A DNA stretch of 60,072 nt from a virus (Duplodnaviria; Caudoviricetes), in IMG/VR virus record IMGVR_UViG_3300045838_000006, positions 1 through 60,072 of that record. The stretch is one strand, 5' to 3'. Positions 9,196-17,330 of the stretch are shown here, in pieces; position 1 is the first letter of the stretch, and every line of letters starts with the position of its first letter. The position numbers and the translations under genes were made by a program. The notes under the pieces are model-generated. The model saw only the letters and a list, made by a program, of their open reading frames with translations. It was not told the DNA's origin and did no database searches.

Positions 9196-9483
9196 ATGAG
9201 CGGCTGGATTGATCCTCTCGGAACGCGAGCATTGCACCGTTTCATTCAAGCCGAGCAACATCGGCTAGAGCCGCTAATTGCAGAAGGGTATCGGCGCTGG
9301 CCGAAAAGCCGGAAGCTGTCGAAGCTCCGCGCCCGATATGATGAGCTTGGGAAGCTCCACGCTTTAATCCAAGCCGTCGAGAGACCAGGCATCGAGCTGC
9401 TGCCGTACAAAGAACTGGTGAATGTGCGCGACCGGCATGATCTGATTGACGCGCTCGTGCCACGCGATTTGATGACGCAATGA
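9196..9483 (+). CDS. Hypothetical protein
   Basis: ORF with RBS; followed by a boundary repeat. Confidence 0.65.
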   Translation: MSGWIDPLGTRALHRFIQAEQHRLEPLIAEGYRRWPKSRKLSKLRARYDELGKLHALIQAVERPGIELLPYKELVNVRDRHDLIDALVPRDLMTQ

Positions 9484-9566
9484 CAGCCTCGCCACCGATT
9501 GTCGAGTGAGGATCTAAGCTGAAACGATTGGCACCGTCGAATGAACTCTAGGTGAAGGGATGAAGG

Positions 9567-9761
9567 ATGAGCGGCACTCCGCTGTATTTGCTCGGAGCGG
9601 CGATAATAGGCGGCATTATAGGCCATTATGGCGTGCCACTCACATACGACGATCCGTGGCAATTCTTCTTGGGAGGGCTTGGGCTCTGGATTTGGGGCGG
9701 CTTTCTCGATGCCCTGCTGCTACGACCTCGCCACCGATCGTCGCCTGACGGCCTAAGTTAA
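9567..9761 (+). CDS. Small two-TM membrane protein
   Basis: Two hydrophobic segments. Confidence 0.65.
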   Translation: MSGTPLYLLGAAIIGGIIGHYGVPLTYDDPWQFFLGGLGLWIWGGFLDALLLRPRHRSSPDGLS

Positions 9762-9821
9762 AATGATGGCGCACCGAAAATGATGGCGCACCGAAAAATC
9801 GCTTCGACAAAAGGAATCTCG

Positions 9822-10070
9822 ATGATCCGCACCTTGTATGCTGCTCTTGCGATCTTCCTCTCAGGGGGACAAGCCGGGGCCGGAGGTCTGCCATATCCTT
9901 GGCCGAACCGCGATGAGGCGGCGCCCGTTGGTCGTGAAGTCCCGACGCTAAATCAAAGTGTCGTCACAAATACATCGCAGCCGAGTTGCGAGCCCGGGTG
10001 GCATCTAGTGCTCGATGCGCCGTGGGGGCCAAAGTGCGCCCGCGAACTCAAGGAGCCGATCTACAAATGA
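9822..10070 (+). CDS. Small secreted protein
   Basis: Signal-like N-terminus; Cys pair (CEPGW..KCAR). Confidence 0.65.
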   Translation: MIRTLYAALAIFLSGGQAGAGGLPYPWPNRDEAAPVGREVPTLNQSVVTNTSQPSCEPGWHLVLDAPWGPKCARELKEPIYK

Positions 10071-10636
10071 CCCGCACCTTAGCTCTTATTCTCACTCTCC
10101 TATCGGCCCAGGCAATGGCGCAACCGGGGGATACTTGGTTGCCGGATTATCAGGTCTACATCGCGCCTGCTGATCCACAGACCGGAAAAGAAATTCCGAA
10201 GGGCGAGGTCGCCTCAACCGATGTCAACGAGGTCTGCGCCGGAAAGGGAGCTTATCGTAACACTCCATACTCAGGCGGAACATACAGCCAGAACCACCGG
10301 CTCTCTCAGAACGAAGAGACCAAGCGCCTCGTCATGCAGCAATCGGGCGTCCCGTGGGAAGATCGCGCCCACTACGAGGACGATCATTACTGCCCGCTCG
10401 GGCTCGGCTGCAGTGACTCAATCCGCAATCGTTGGGCTCAGCCTCGGTTCGGCACCTGGAATTCGGCGAAGAAGGACAAGCTCGAAACGCGCGCCATTGA
10501 GCTAGTATGCGACGGCAAGGTTGATCTACACGAAGCACAAAGCTGGTTCAACACGACCGTCACGCCAGATTGGCGCACCATTTATTGCGCACAGTTTCCC
10601 GATGACGTGGATTGCGCGGAGATCGTGAGGCACTGA
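10067..10636 (+). CDS. Secreted HNH-like protein
   Basis: Signal peptide (..SAQAMA); YEDDHYCPLGLGCSDSIRNRWAQP..KDKLE..LVCDGKV. Confidence 0.7.
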   Translation: MTRTLALILTLLSAQAMAQPGDTWLPDYQVYIAPADPQTGKEIPKGEVASTDVNEVCAGKGAYRNTPYSGGTYSQNHRLSQNEETKRLVMQQSGVPWEDRAHYEDDHYCPLGLGCSDSIRNRWAQPRFGTWNSAKKDKLETRAIELVCDGKVDLHEAQSWFNTTVTPDWRTIYCAQFPDDVDCAEIVRH

Positions 10637-10637
10637 G

Positions 10638-10793
10638 ATGGAAATGCAATACTACACCGAGGACGGCGTTTATACCAAGAAAGAGTGGGCTGAAAAGCTC
10701 CAACGGGATCGGATCGAATTGCTGCTGGAGCTGATCTGCGACCAACTCAGCATCGACTATCCCGAAAAAGAAAAAGGCCGCCAGCCCGGTTAA
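10638..10793 (+). CDS. Small hypothetical protein
   Basis: 51-aa ORF directly after the preceding stop. Confidence 0.5.
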   Translation: MEMQYYTEDGVYTKKEWAEKLQRDRIELLLELICDQLSIDYPEKEKGRQPG

Positions 10794-10805
10794 AGGCCAG
10801 CGGCG
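10765..10805 (-). terminator. Putative rho-independent terminator (minus strand)
   Basis: Minus strand GCCGCTGGCC..GGCTGGCGGC followed by CTTTTTCTTTTT. Confidence 0.5.
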
Positions 10806-11140
10806 CTCTCTCTGAGTCCGGTAGGGATTTGCTGTCGCAGTGATCGATTCTACCGGCGCACCACGATCTCGCCACGACATGATTCGTGGCAAACTATATC
10901 ACCGGATACAGTCATTTGTCACCCTCAGAATGCCTCGCTCATCATGGCAATGATACGAATCCCATCCGTTCGGGATAAACTCGACATGGCAGCATCGAGG
11001 ATCGGAGATCAGGGTATCGGGCGGTTTGGGGTTGGAACAGGAAGCGAGAGAGAGTAGGATAATCAGCGGCGCTACTGGCGTGCTCGCTTGGCGGAACGGC
11101 AGAGGGAATTATCCGGTTGACGTACCAGGATTCTCACAGT

Positions 11141-11443
11141 ATGCTCGCAACCCATTGCGAACGCGACGATTCCGCTGAGATTGAGGTTACGCCAGAGATG
11201 GTCGAGGCGGCCTGCCGCATCCTTGGCGGATACAACCCAAAGTTTGATCTGGAAGACGCTACCGTTGTAGCGATTTACCGCGCCATGGTTAAGGCAAGGT
11301 ATCGGGGTATTTCGGCCGCTCCCGAGTATGACTGGCGCGTGCCGCAGTTAGAAGCCGCCCTGAAATCCGTAGAGAACTCTGGATGTAATGATCCTTTGGG
11401 GGCGAGTGATCATCCAAGACCCGCGGCAACGGCAGTCCGCTAG
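11141..11443 (+). CDS. IS passenger hypothetical protein
   Basis: IEVTPEMVEAA..VAIYRAM; 3' half overlaps the antisense HEPN-like gene. Confidence 0.45.
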   Translation: MLATHCERDDSAEIEVTPEMVEAACRILGGYNPKFDLEDATVVAIYRAMVKARYRGISAAPEYDWRVPQLEAALKSVENSGCNDPLGASDHPRPAATAVR

Positions 11444-11834
11444 GGTTGGGCATCCTAGCGGTTTGCAATTTCATACAACGCGCCGCGATTTCTGGCTGTG
11501 TAAATAGGATCGGGTCAGCGCGATGCGCGAATTGATTACGGATCCATCGAATATGATCCATATCCGCGCGCGTCTTTGGCCCATAAAGACCGAGCGCATA
11601 GCCAATCACGATCTTGCCGTGCATCGTGGTTAGCGGCGCTGTTTGTGCATCAAAGACACGCTCTTTCCAATCGGTCCCGAGCGGAATGAACCGAGTTGCT
11701 ATAATGCCGCTTAACATGTCGTCTAGCCATGCGGCGCAGGCGATAGCGGCGACCCGATCGTTCTGATGCTGCATTTCTTCAAAGAGCACCGTTAGCTGAG
11801 TAACGACGTCTTCTATGTCATCCCGTAATGACAT
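11289..11834 (-). CDS. MltR-like/HEPN-domain passenger protein
   Basis: DRVAAIACAAWLDD..APL..KI..YALGL..IRWIRNQFAH (RxxxxH). Confidence 0.75.
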   Translation of the reverse strand: MSLRDDIEDVVTQLTVLFEEMQHQNDRVAAIACAAWLDDMLSGIIATRFIPLGTDWKERVFDAQTAPLTTMHGKIVIGYALGLYGPKTRADMDHIRWIRNQFAHRADPILFTQPEIAARCMKLQTARMPNPSGLPLPRVLDDHSPPKDHYIQSSLRISGRLLTAARASHTRERPKYPDTLP

Positions 11835-11847
11835 ATGCTTCTCCCCT

Positions 11848-12021
11848 ATGAGCGATCAGGGAAGTGACGACGAACAGGCCGCGCAGCGCCGTGACAAGTT
11901 GCTGCTGCGGTTATTAAAGACGCCTCCCCAGCCTCGCCCCAAACGGGAGCGCGGCAAAGGAAAGCCTACTAAGACTCGCGCTTCGCGCGCCAGCGCAAGA
12001 AAGCGCGGAGCTTCTGCTTAG
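11848..12021 (+). CDS. Small basic IS-associated protein
   Basis: RRDKLLLRLLKTPPQP; convergent with the transposase. Confidence 0.5.
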   Translation: MSDQGSDDEQAAQRRDKLLLRLLKTPPQPRPKRERGKGKPTKTRASRASARKRGASA

Positions 12022-12032
12022 TTGTTTTCGGC

Positions 12033-12956
12033 TTAGTCAGGCTGTCGATACAGAAGCCGCTTGCCTTGTGCGCTCGCCAGCAAGCGGGCAGCGCGATCCG
12101 CGTCCGTTAGATCGCGGGTATTGGCGCGGAAATCGAACTCGGCAAGGTAGCGATGCAAATGCGCCTCGCTGATGTTGTGAAACGTGCCGTAAACGCCGCG
12201 CTTGAGCAGCGCGAAATGGCTTTCGACCGTGTTGGTATGGATCGTATCGCGGGCATATTCGCCTAGGGTATGGGCGACGCGGCCGTGACTGGCGAACTCG
12301 CGGCCAAGCTCGACATAGCCGCGATGCTCGTCGGTCATTAGGTGCGATTTGCGGCTGGCGTGCTCGACGATGATCGCGCGGAGGGCTTTCGCCGTCACGT
12401 TGGCGACGTGAAAGCTGCGGGTCTTGCCGTCACGCTCGACAAGGGCCACGACCGGCATCTTGCCAGCGGAGCCGCCTTTAACCTTGCGCTTGGACTTGTG
12501 CTTATTGGCTTCCCTGCCGCCGATATACGTTTCGTCTGCCTCAATCGTGCGGCCTTCGCCCCCGATCGGTGTAGGGAACAGATCACGCGCCGCCTCACGG
12601 AGACGATGGAACAGGAACCAAGCGGTCTCGTAGTTGGTGCCGAGGAGACGGTGCAGCTCGTGCGCCGAAAAGCCTTTCTTACTGGACGCCATGAGTTGCG
12701 CGGCCAGAACCCATTTCGCCAAGGGAATGTGCGAGCGTTCCATGACGGTGCCGACCGTCACGGAGAACGGCTTGCGGCAGTCCTTGCACTTGTAGACGCC
12801 GGGGCGGGTGCTTTTGCCCGCCAACTTGGTAATCCGGTCTCCCATAACGCCGCAGCGGGGGCAGATCGGGCCGGAAGGCCACAACAGGCTTTCCAGATGC
12901 TCGCGTGCTGCGGCTTCGTCGTGGAAGATCGGGTTTCTTAAATCGAGTTTAGGCAT
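12033..12956 (-). CDS. IS1595-family DDE transposase
   Basis: Zn ribbon CPRC..CKDC; EADETY, MTDE, HTNTVES, HLHRYLAEFDFRAN. Confidence 0.95.
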   Translation of the reverse strand: MPKLDLRNPIFHDEAAAREHLESLLWPSGPICPRCGVMGDRITKLAGKSTRPGVYKCKDCRKPFSVTVGTVMERSHIPLAKWVLAAQLMASSKKGFSAHELHRLLGTNYETAWFLFHRLREAARDLFPTPIGGEGRTIEADETYIGGREANKHKSKRKVKGGSAGKMPVVALVERDGKTRSFHVANVTAKALRAIIVEHASRKSHLMTDEHRGYVELGREFASHGRVAHTLGEYARDTIHTNTVESHFALLKRGVYGTFHNISEAHLHRYLAEFDFRANTRDLTDADRAARLLASAQGKRLLYRQPD

Positions 12957-12969
12957 GGCTGATTTGCCC

Positions 12970-13191
12970 TTATTTGCTCTCTACGCGCGGAATAAGCCGA
13001 TCACGGATGAACTCCGCGCCGGGTTTGCTGAGACTGCGCGTTTCTTTGCTGAGTTCGTCGGCAAGTTCGCTGAGCATCTGGACCACGTCTGCCTTGGGGA
13101 GAATGTCCCGCTTGGCGAGCGTCTCGATCAACCGCGAGACAAGGACGTAAGCCAGAAAGCCAGCGTCGGGATTACCGGGTGCGTCGGGCAT
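12970..13191 (-). CDS. IS passenger hypothetical protein
   Basis: ORF upstream of the transposase, inside the TIRs. Confidence 0.6.
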   Translation of the reverse strand: MPDAPGNPDAGFLAYVLVSRLIETLAKRDILPKADVVQMLSELADELSKETRSLSKPGAEFIRDRLIPRVESK

Positions 13192-13351
13192 GACGGGGTC
13201 CGCCTCATCAACTGAGACGCGATCCTATCAAATGGCCCGTGGTACGTCAACCGGATAATTCCCACGGCAGACGCAACGGGCTTAAACCCCGCGGCCTTTT
13301 AGGGCGTCCCGGTTCAAATCCGGGAGCGAGCCCCAGTAGCGCAGTCGGCAT

Positions 13352-13687
13352 CTATTTCCCCGCCAGCGCTTTATCCCGACGCTGATAAAATTCGGTTATT
13401 GCAGAATGTTTCAGCGCGCAGAGAGCTAGAGCAGACCGATCCATCGCCCAATAACGCTCAACGGCCCCTGCGCTCATAGCGGTACCCCTAGGAAGAGCCG
13501 CAGGGCCGCTACAAGGAGCAGACAAGCTCCCAGGAGGAGCCGCAAGCGGGTCAGCCAATTCACTGACTTTTCCCGCCGTTACCAAGGGCGCGCAACCGCT
13601 CAACAGCGCCAGAGTCAAGGCAGCTACGGCTATCGTTGACAGCACTAAGGCGCGAAATCTGGGCGTTTGCTTCCACGAGTTGTCCAT
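13352..13687 (-). CDS. Rz1-like outer-membrane spanin lipoprotein
   Basis: Lipobox LSGC; Pro-rich; overlaps the i-spanin. Confidence 0.7.
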   Translation of the reverse strand: MDNSWKQTPRFRALVLSTIAVAALTLALLSGCAPLVTAGKVSELADPLAAPPGSLSAPCSGPAALPRGTAMSAGAVERYWAMDRSALALCALKHSAITEFYQRRDKALAGK

Positions 13688-13922
13688 TAAGAGCATCCAC
13701 GTTTTTAACGGAGCCGGCCGCCCAATCCTGCGCCCATTGCAAGACTTGTTCTCGGCGCACATGTTCCTGGGCTGTTGCTTGCTCTACAGCAGCCTTCACC
13801 TTCGCTTCGCCCTCTGAAATAAGATGGGCGCGGTAGATGAAGAAGCCAGCGACGAGTGCGACAAACCCGATCGCGTACCAGGTGTATTTGCTGCCGAGAA
13901 ACGAGAGAAGCAGAGTCGGCAT
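13560..13922 (-). CDS. Rz-like inner-membrane spanin
   Basis: N-terminal TM segment, coiled coil, C-terminal Cys. Confidence 0.7.
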   Translation of the reverse strand: MPTLLLSFLGSKYTWYAIGFVALVAGFFIYRAHLISEGEAKVKAAVEQATAQEHVRREQVLQWAQDWAAGSVKNVDALNGQLVEANAQISRLSAVNDSRSCLDSGAVERLRALGNGGKSQ

Positions 13923-14078
13923 CTACAGCTTCTTCTCGACCTTGCTGAACATCGCCTTCACCTTGGCCTTGAGCATCGCCCACAAGGTCGGGGCGTAGTG
14001 TCGAGCCACGAGGCCGCCGACAAAAGTGGCCGCAGAGCCAAGGTGAGACATCGCGAAATTGCCGATCGTGCTGAGCAT
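13923..14078 (-). CDS. Small membrane protein (lysis cassette)
   Basis: MLSTIGNFAMSHLGSAATFVGGLVARHYAPTLW..KVEKKL. Confidence 0.55.
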   Translation of the reverse strand: MLSTIGNFAMSHLGSAATFVGGLVARHYAPTLWAMLKAKVKAMFSKVEKKL

Positions 14079-14079
14079 A

Positions 14080-14295
14080 TCAGTTTCCTTTCGCCCAATG
14101 CTGGGCTGTTGCTCCCGCAGCGAAAGCCCCGATCATCAACAGAAACGCATTCAATCCGTCGCCCGCGGGGAGCTTACCGAGAGCGACGAAGATCCAGATG
14201 AACGCGGTTCCGTGAACGACGGACCACAGCCCATATAACCGCGTCGAGCTAAGCTGGCTGTTCGGGTCTTTCAGGAATTCGAGTAACGTGCTCAT
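14080..14295 (-). CDS. Putative holin
   Basis: LSSTRL followed by two TM segments; lysis context. Confidence 0.6.
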   Translation of the reverse strand: MSTLLEFLKDPNSQLSSTRLYGLWSVVHGTAFIWIFVALGKLPAGDGLNAFLLMIGAFAAGATAQHWAKGN

Positions 14296-15008
14296 GCGAT
14301 TTGCTTGCCGTTGCCGAGGAACAGACCATCGGCGTTGAGTCGGAGCAGGAGCGTCGCGGTGTTCTTCGTGAACACTCTCAACTCGGCGTCACCCTCTTGG
14401 TCACGCGAGAACACGCCAAGGGTGAAGTATTGCAGCTCAGCCTCTCCGGCGGCATCCCAACCCGCAAACTCGAATTGACCGAGGCAGGAACCCGGAGGCG
14501 GGGGAATACCCTTGCCCGTCTTAAGGTCAATAGGGAGTTTACCTTCGCCGAGCTGCGGACCCGCATCCCACGCCGCGTTGCCGGGCCGAATGGCAAAAAC
14601 AGGCTGAGCCAACCCGGATTGATCCGAGAGCGTGACAACACCGCCCGTCAAAGGATTGGTGACGGAGATTTCCGGCGTGCCTGGAGTATTCCCGGCAATG
14701 ACGCCCGCCTGAGCCAGAGCGGTCTTGTCGGAATCGAATCCCATGCCGTTGTTGAACATCGCTGTAACAGCAGCGGCAACATCAGAGGCTTTATCGCCTG
14801 CGCGGACCGCATAAGTCACATCGAACACAAAAAGGTTGGGAATCTCCGCTTGCAGGATAATCTTCGTGCCGACAGGCGGGACCGAAACGACGGTAGCGAT
14901 CGGAGCGGCTGTCAATACATCAGTCGAATAGAGAGTGAGCGCGTCGGGATTACCTTGCGCGCTCCCGCCCCATGATACCGTGACGGGTCCAATGTTCTGT
15001 GAGGGCAC
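14292..15008 (-). CDS. Hypothetical protein
   Basis: Coupled ORF inside the lysis cassette. Confidence 0.7.
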   Translation of the reverse strand: MPSQNIGPVTVSWGGSAQGNPDALTLYSTDVLTAAPIATVVSVPPVGTKIILQAEIPNLFVFDVTYAVRAGDKASDVAAAVTAMFNNGMGFDSDKTALAQAGVIAGNTPGTPEISVTNPLTGGVVTLSDQSGLAQPVFAIRPGNAAWDAGPQLGEGKLPIDLKTGKGIPPPPGSCLGQFEFAGWDAAGEAELQYFTLGVFSRDQEGDAELRVFTKNTATLLLRLNADGLFLGNGKQIA

Positions 15009-15009
15009 G

Positions 15010-15456
15010 TTAGTCGTCCACGCCTTGCGCTACCCAAAAGTCCCGCGCTCGCATCCAGACGCGGACATAGGCATCGTCAGTCCGACCCTTCATCACGTTA
15101 CCGACGCCCTCGTTGTACGCTGCGGCAAATTCCTCGTAGTACGGGTCACGGTGAAGATGGGCCTGTAGATAATCCCAATCGGCTTTGTGACATTTCATCC
15201 CGTACCGCAAACCGACTTCGGGATCATACATCTGTTCCGGTGAACCGACGAGCCCTAGGTGTGCCGCGGTGACATCGAGAACCTGCATGAGCCCAAACGA
15301 TGCGACACCGGAAGGTTCACGGCGATACGCATAGGGACGGAACGAACTCTCGACTTGGCACGTCGCCATAATCTCAGAGGGATTGAAAAAGCTGTTAAAC
15401 TCTTGCACATTCAGCTTGTTCACCAAGTCGAGAACCTGTTGCTGTAGCGGCGTCAT
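15010..15456 (-). CDS. Lytic transglycosylase (SLT) endolysin
   Basis: VESSF, GLMQV and AAYNEG motifs. Confidence 0.9.
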   Translation of the reverse strand: MTPLQQQVLDLVNKLNVQEFNSFFNPSEIMATCQVESSFRPYAYRREPSGVASFGLMQVLDVTAAHLGLVGSPEQMYDPEVGLRYGMKCHKADWDYLQAHLHRDPYYEEFAAAYNEGVGNVMKGRTDDAYVRVWMRARDFWVAQGVDD

Positions 15457-15737
15457 CCGCAGCAATCTCCGACTTCCTGCTCGCTCGCCGTCACGCCGGA
15501 GTCCTCGTCAACATGGTTCACCATTGCGGTTCTCTCGGCATAAAGCTCGGCGATCCGTTGGCTAATCACTTCCTGATCTTCGCACGCATGATCGTATTTG
15601 CGAGACTGCGGCTCGGGAGCAGGGGCTTCGTGTGGTATGCAACTCAGCTCAGGTCCGAATTGACCATTGATCGCCAGCGCCCCGCACCAGTCGCAGCGGT
15701 TTAGATAATTGGGAGAGCTGTGCTTGGCGACTTTCAA
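15453..15737 (-). CDS. Hypothetical protein
   Basis: Coupled ORF with CxxC. Confidence 0.55.
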   Translation of the reverse strand: MKVAKHSSPNYLNRCDWCGALAINGQFGPELSCIPHEAPAPEPQSRKYDHACEDQEVISQRIAELYAERTAMVNHVDEDSGVTASEQEVGDCCG

Positions 15738-15946
15738 TGGTGAACCGTTGGAACGCCACCATTAGCGACCAGATATCCGATAATGGTGAGCAGTAGAGCA
15801 ATAACCGCTGATCCGCCCTTGACGATAAGACCTTGCACTGCCAGAAAGCGATCCCTGCACTCCGCTAAATGCTGTTTCAACACGGCATCCGTTGCCACGG
15901 CAATCTCCAGCGCGCGCGTGTTGATATGTTCTTGTTCACTCGGCAT
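15734..15946 (-). CDS. Small membrane protein (holin-like)
   Basis: HLAECRDRF followed by a C-terminal TM segment. Confidence 0.6.
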   Translation of the reverse strand: MPSEQEHINTRALEIAVATDAVLKQHLAECRDRFLAVQGLIVKGGSAVIALLLTIIGYLVANGGVPTVHH

Positions 15947-16034
15947 CAGCGCAACGCGCGACTCCAGTTAACAAAACACGAGCCGCACGGGGATTGGCTT
16001 GGTGACAGACTATACCGTAAAGGTGACAGAAAGG

Positions 16035-17330
16035 CTAGGCTTCCAGATCCCTTGCGTAACCGTGTCGGTGAAGCGCAGGCAGCGCCTTTTTCACCTTGTC
16101 GCCAATGTCCGTTCGGAGGATACGATCGGGGAATCGAACAGCATCAACCGCCTTATACACCTTGTCCTGAGCGCGAGAGATCGTCTTGCCCAATCCCGTT
16201 GCTACAGCAACATAAGGCCCGGTCGTTTCGTATTTTCCTTTGTTCATCATCACGGAGCAAAGGTGGATCTGCTCCTTGGCCTCATCGACGCCCTGGATCG
16301 GGTTGCCCTCCACCATGTCGCGCGGAACGTCGTGCTGATACGGAAAAGGTGGCTGCGCCATGACAACCCCGATCGCGACGTCATACGAGACGCGGAGGCT
16401 ATCTTTGCCCTCCAGTAGATCCTTCATCCATTGCGCGGGATCTCCCTTGTGTGACGCCTGTTGAATGAACCACGCGGGATATCCCATGCGAGCGGTCCAC
16501 TCGAAAAACCAACACTTTCCCGAGGCGTCAACCGCGCCGCCAAAGCTGAAATCTCCACGATGACCAAGCGTCTTTAGAATCGGCTCCATCGGTAGAAGAT
16601 AGTCTTTCACCAAATCGTCAGCTTCCATATACTGACAGACGGAACCCATTTCACCTGTTGAGGGACCGTGCTCGCCAACGCAAAGCTTCTTGTGTTCAAA
16701 ACACAATTGGAAGCGATCCGGCAAAAATCCCTCGGGGCCAACCCAGCCGCTTACGCCGATCTCGCTCAGGATGTCGATCTTGCGCTGCAAGATGCACTGC
16801 TTAATCTGCTTCTTGCTTGCGATCTGCCGTTTGAGCCAGCCAACCAAATCCTCTGGATCAGAGGCAACGTAGGTAAGGGCTTTGTTCTCCTCGTCACCGC
16901 CGGGTTTGAAGCACCAGACCTCATCCGACTTGCCGGCGAATTTGGCGGTTTCCTCCAAGCTGTCGAAGACATGGTATTCGGGGATTGCGATACCGACAGC
17001 TTCGGCAGCCTTGATGCCGGCCAGACGGTCCACTTCGAGCTTTGCACTGGCCAAGGTGGGGGCAAACACCGGATAGCCGAAATCTCGGTAACGCTGCAAT
17101 TCATGGAGAAGAGTGAAGTTGCCGGTCAAAATCGTCAGGCCATCCTTGGCCCACTGCATTGACGCTCGCCAATCATCGACGAGCGTTATCCCCTTAAAGC
17201 CCTCCCCATACCGCTCCGGTCGTTTCGGCATGTGACGGTAGAGACGGACTGACCAACCGGCATCAGCGCAGCGCAAAGCAACCGGCAGCCCCATCTGCTC
17301 GATGTCGACGATGAGAAGATTGTGGGTCAC
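16035..17330 (-). CDS. PurD-like ATP-grasp ligase
   Basis: SAKLEVDR, FEHKKL..GPSTGEMGSV, FEWTARMGYP, RTDIG. Confidence 0.85.
   Translation of the reverse strand: MTHNLLIVDIEQMGLPVALRCADAGWSVRLYRHMPKRPERYGEGFKGITLVDDWRASMQWAKDGLTILTGNFTLLHELQRYRDFGYPVFAPTLASAKLEVDRLAGIKAAEAVGIAIPEYHVFDSLEETAKFAGKSDEVWCFKPGGDEENKALTYVASDPEDLVGWLKRQIASKKQIKQCILQRKIDILSEIGVSGWVGPEGFLPDRFQLCFEHKKLCVGEHGPSTGEMGSVCQYMEADDLVKDYLLPMEPILKTLGHRGDFSFGGAVDASGKCWFFEWTARMGYPAWFIQQASHKGDPAQWMKDLLEGKDSLRVSYDVAIGVVMAQPPFPYQHDVPRDMVEGNPIQGVDEAKEQIHLCSVMMNKGKYETTGPYVAVATGLGKTISRAQDKVYKAVDAVRFPDRILRTDIGDKVKKALPALHRHGYARDLEA

Larger units (their letters stand above)
2469..9816. repeat. Dispersed gene-boundary repeat family, copies in 2.4-9.8 kb
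   Basis: GCCAC-N34-38-CACCGA(-TTCGAnAAAA). Plus-strand copies: 2469, 4001, 7688, 8163 (partial), 8921, 9491, 9729. Minus-strand copies: 3279-3349, 5983-6044, 7419-7491, 7767-7810, 8206-8267, 9001-9044. Confidence 0.85.
11104..13263. mobile_element. IS1595-family element with passenger genes
   Basis: Perfect 24-bp TIRs GGGAATTATCCGGTTGACGTACCA (11104-11127 and 13240-13263); 8-bp TSD ACGGCAGA (11096-11103 and 13264-13271). Confidence 0.95.
11082..13335 (+). tRNA. tRNA-Leu(UAA) interrupted by IS1595 (5' part 11082-11103, 3' part 13272-13335)
   Basis: Removing the IS and one TSD copy gives GCTCGCT..D arm..ACGGG CTTAAAC CCCGC, a long variable arm, CCCGG TTCAAAT CCGGG AGCGAGC C CCA. Confidence 0.85.

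Noticed and set aside
4314-9816. Classical integron (IntI plus attC array)
   Set aside because: The integrase is phage-type with no evident IntI-specific insertion, and the repeats lack canonical attC box structure; kept only as an analogy.
11104-13263. Boundary repeats as MITEs of the resident IS1595
   Set aside because: They show no similarity to its TIR and I found no 8-bp TSDs around the repeat pairs.
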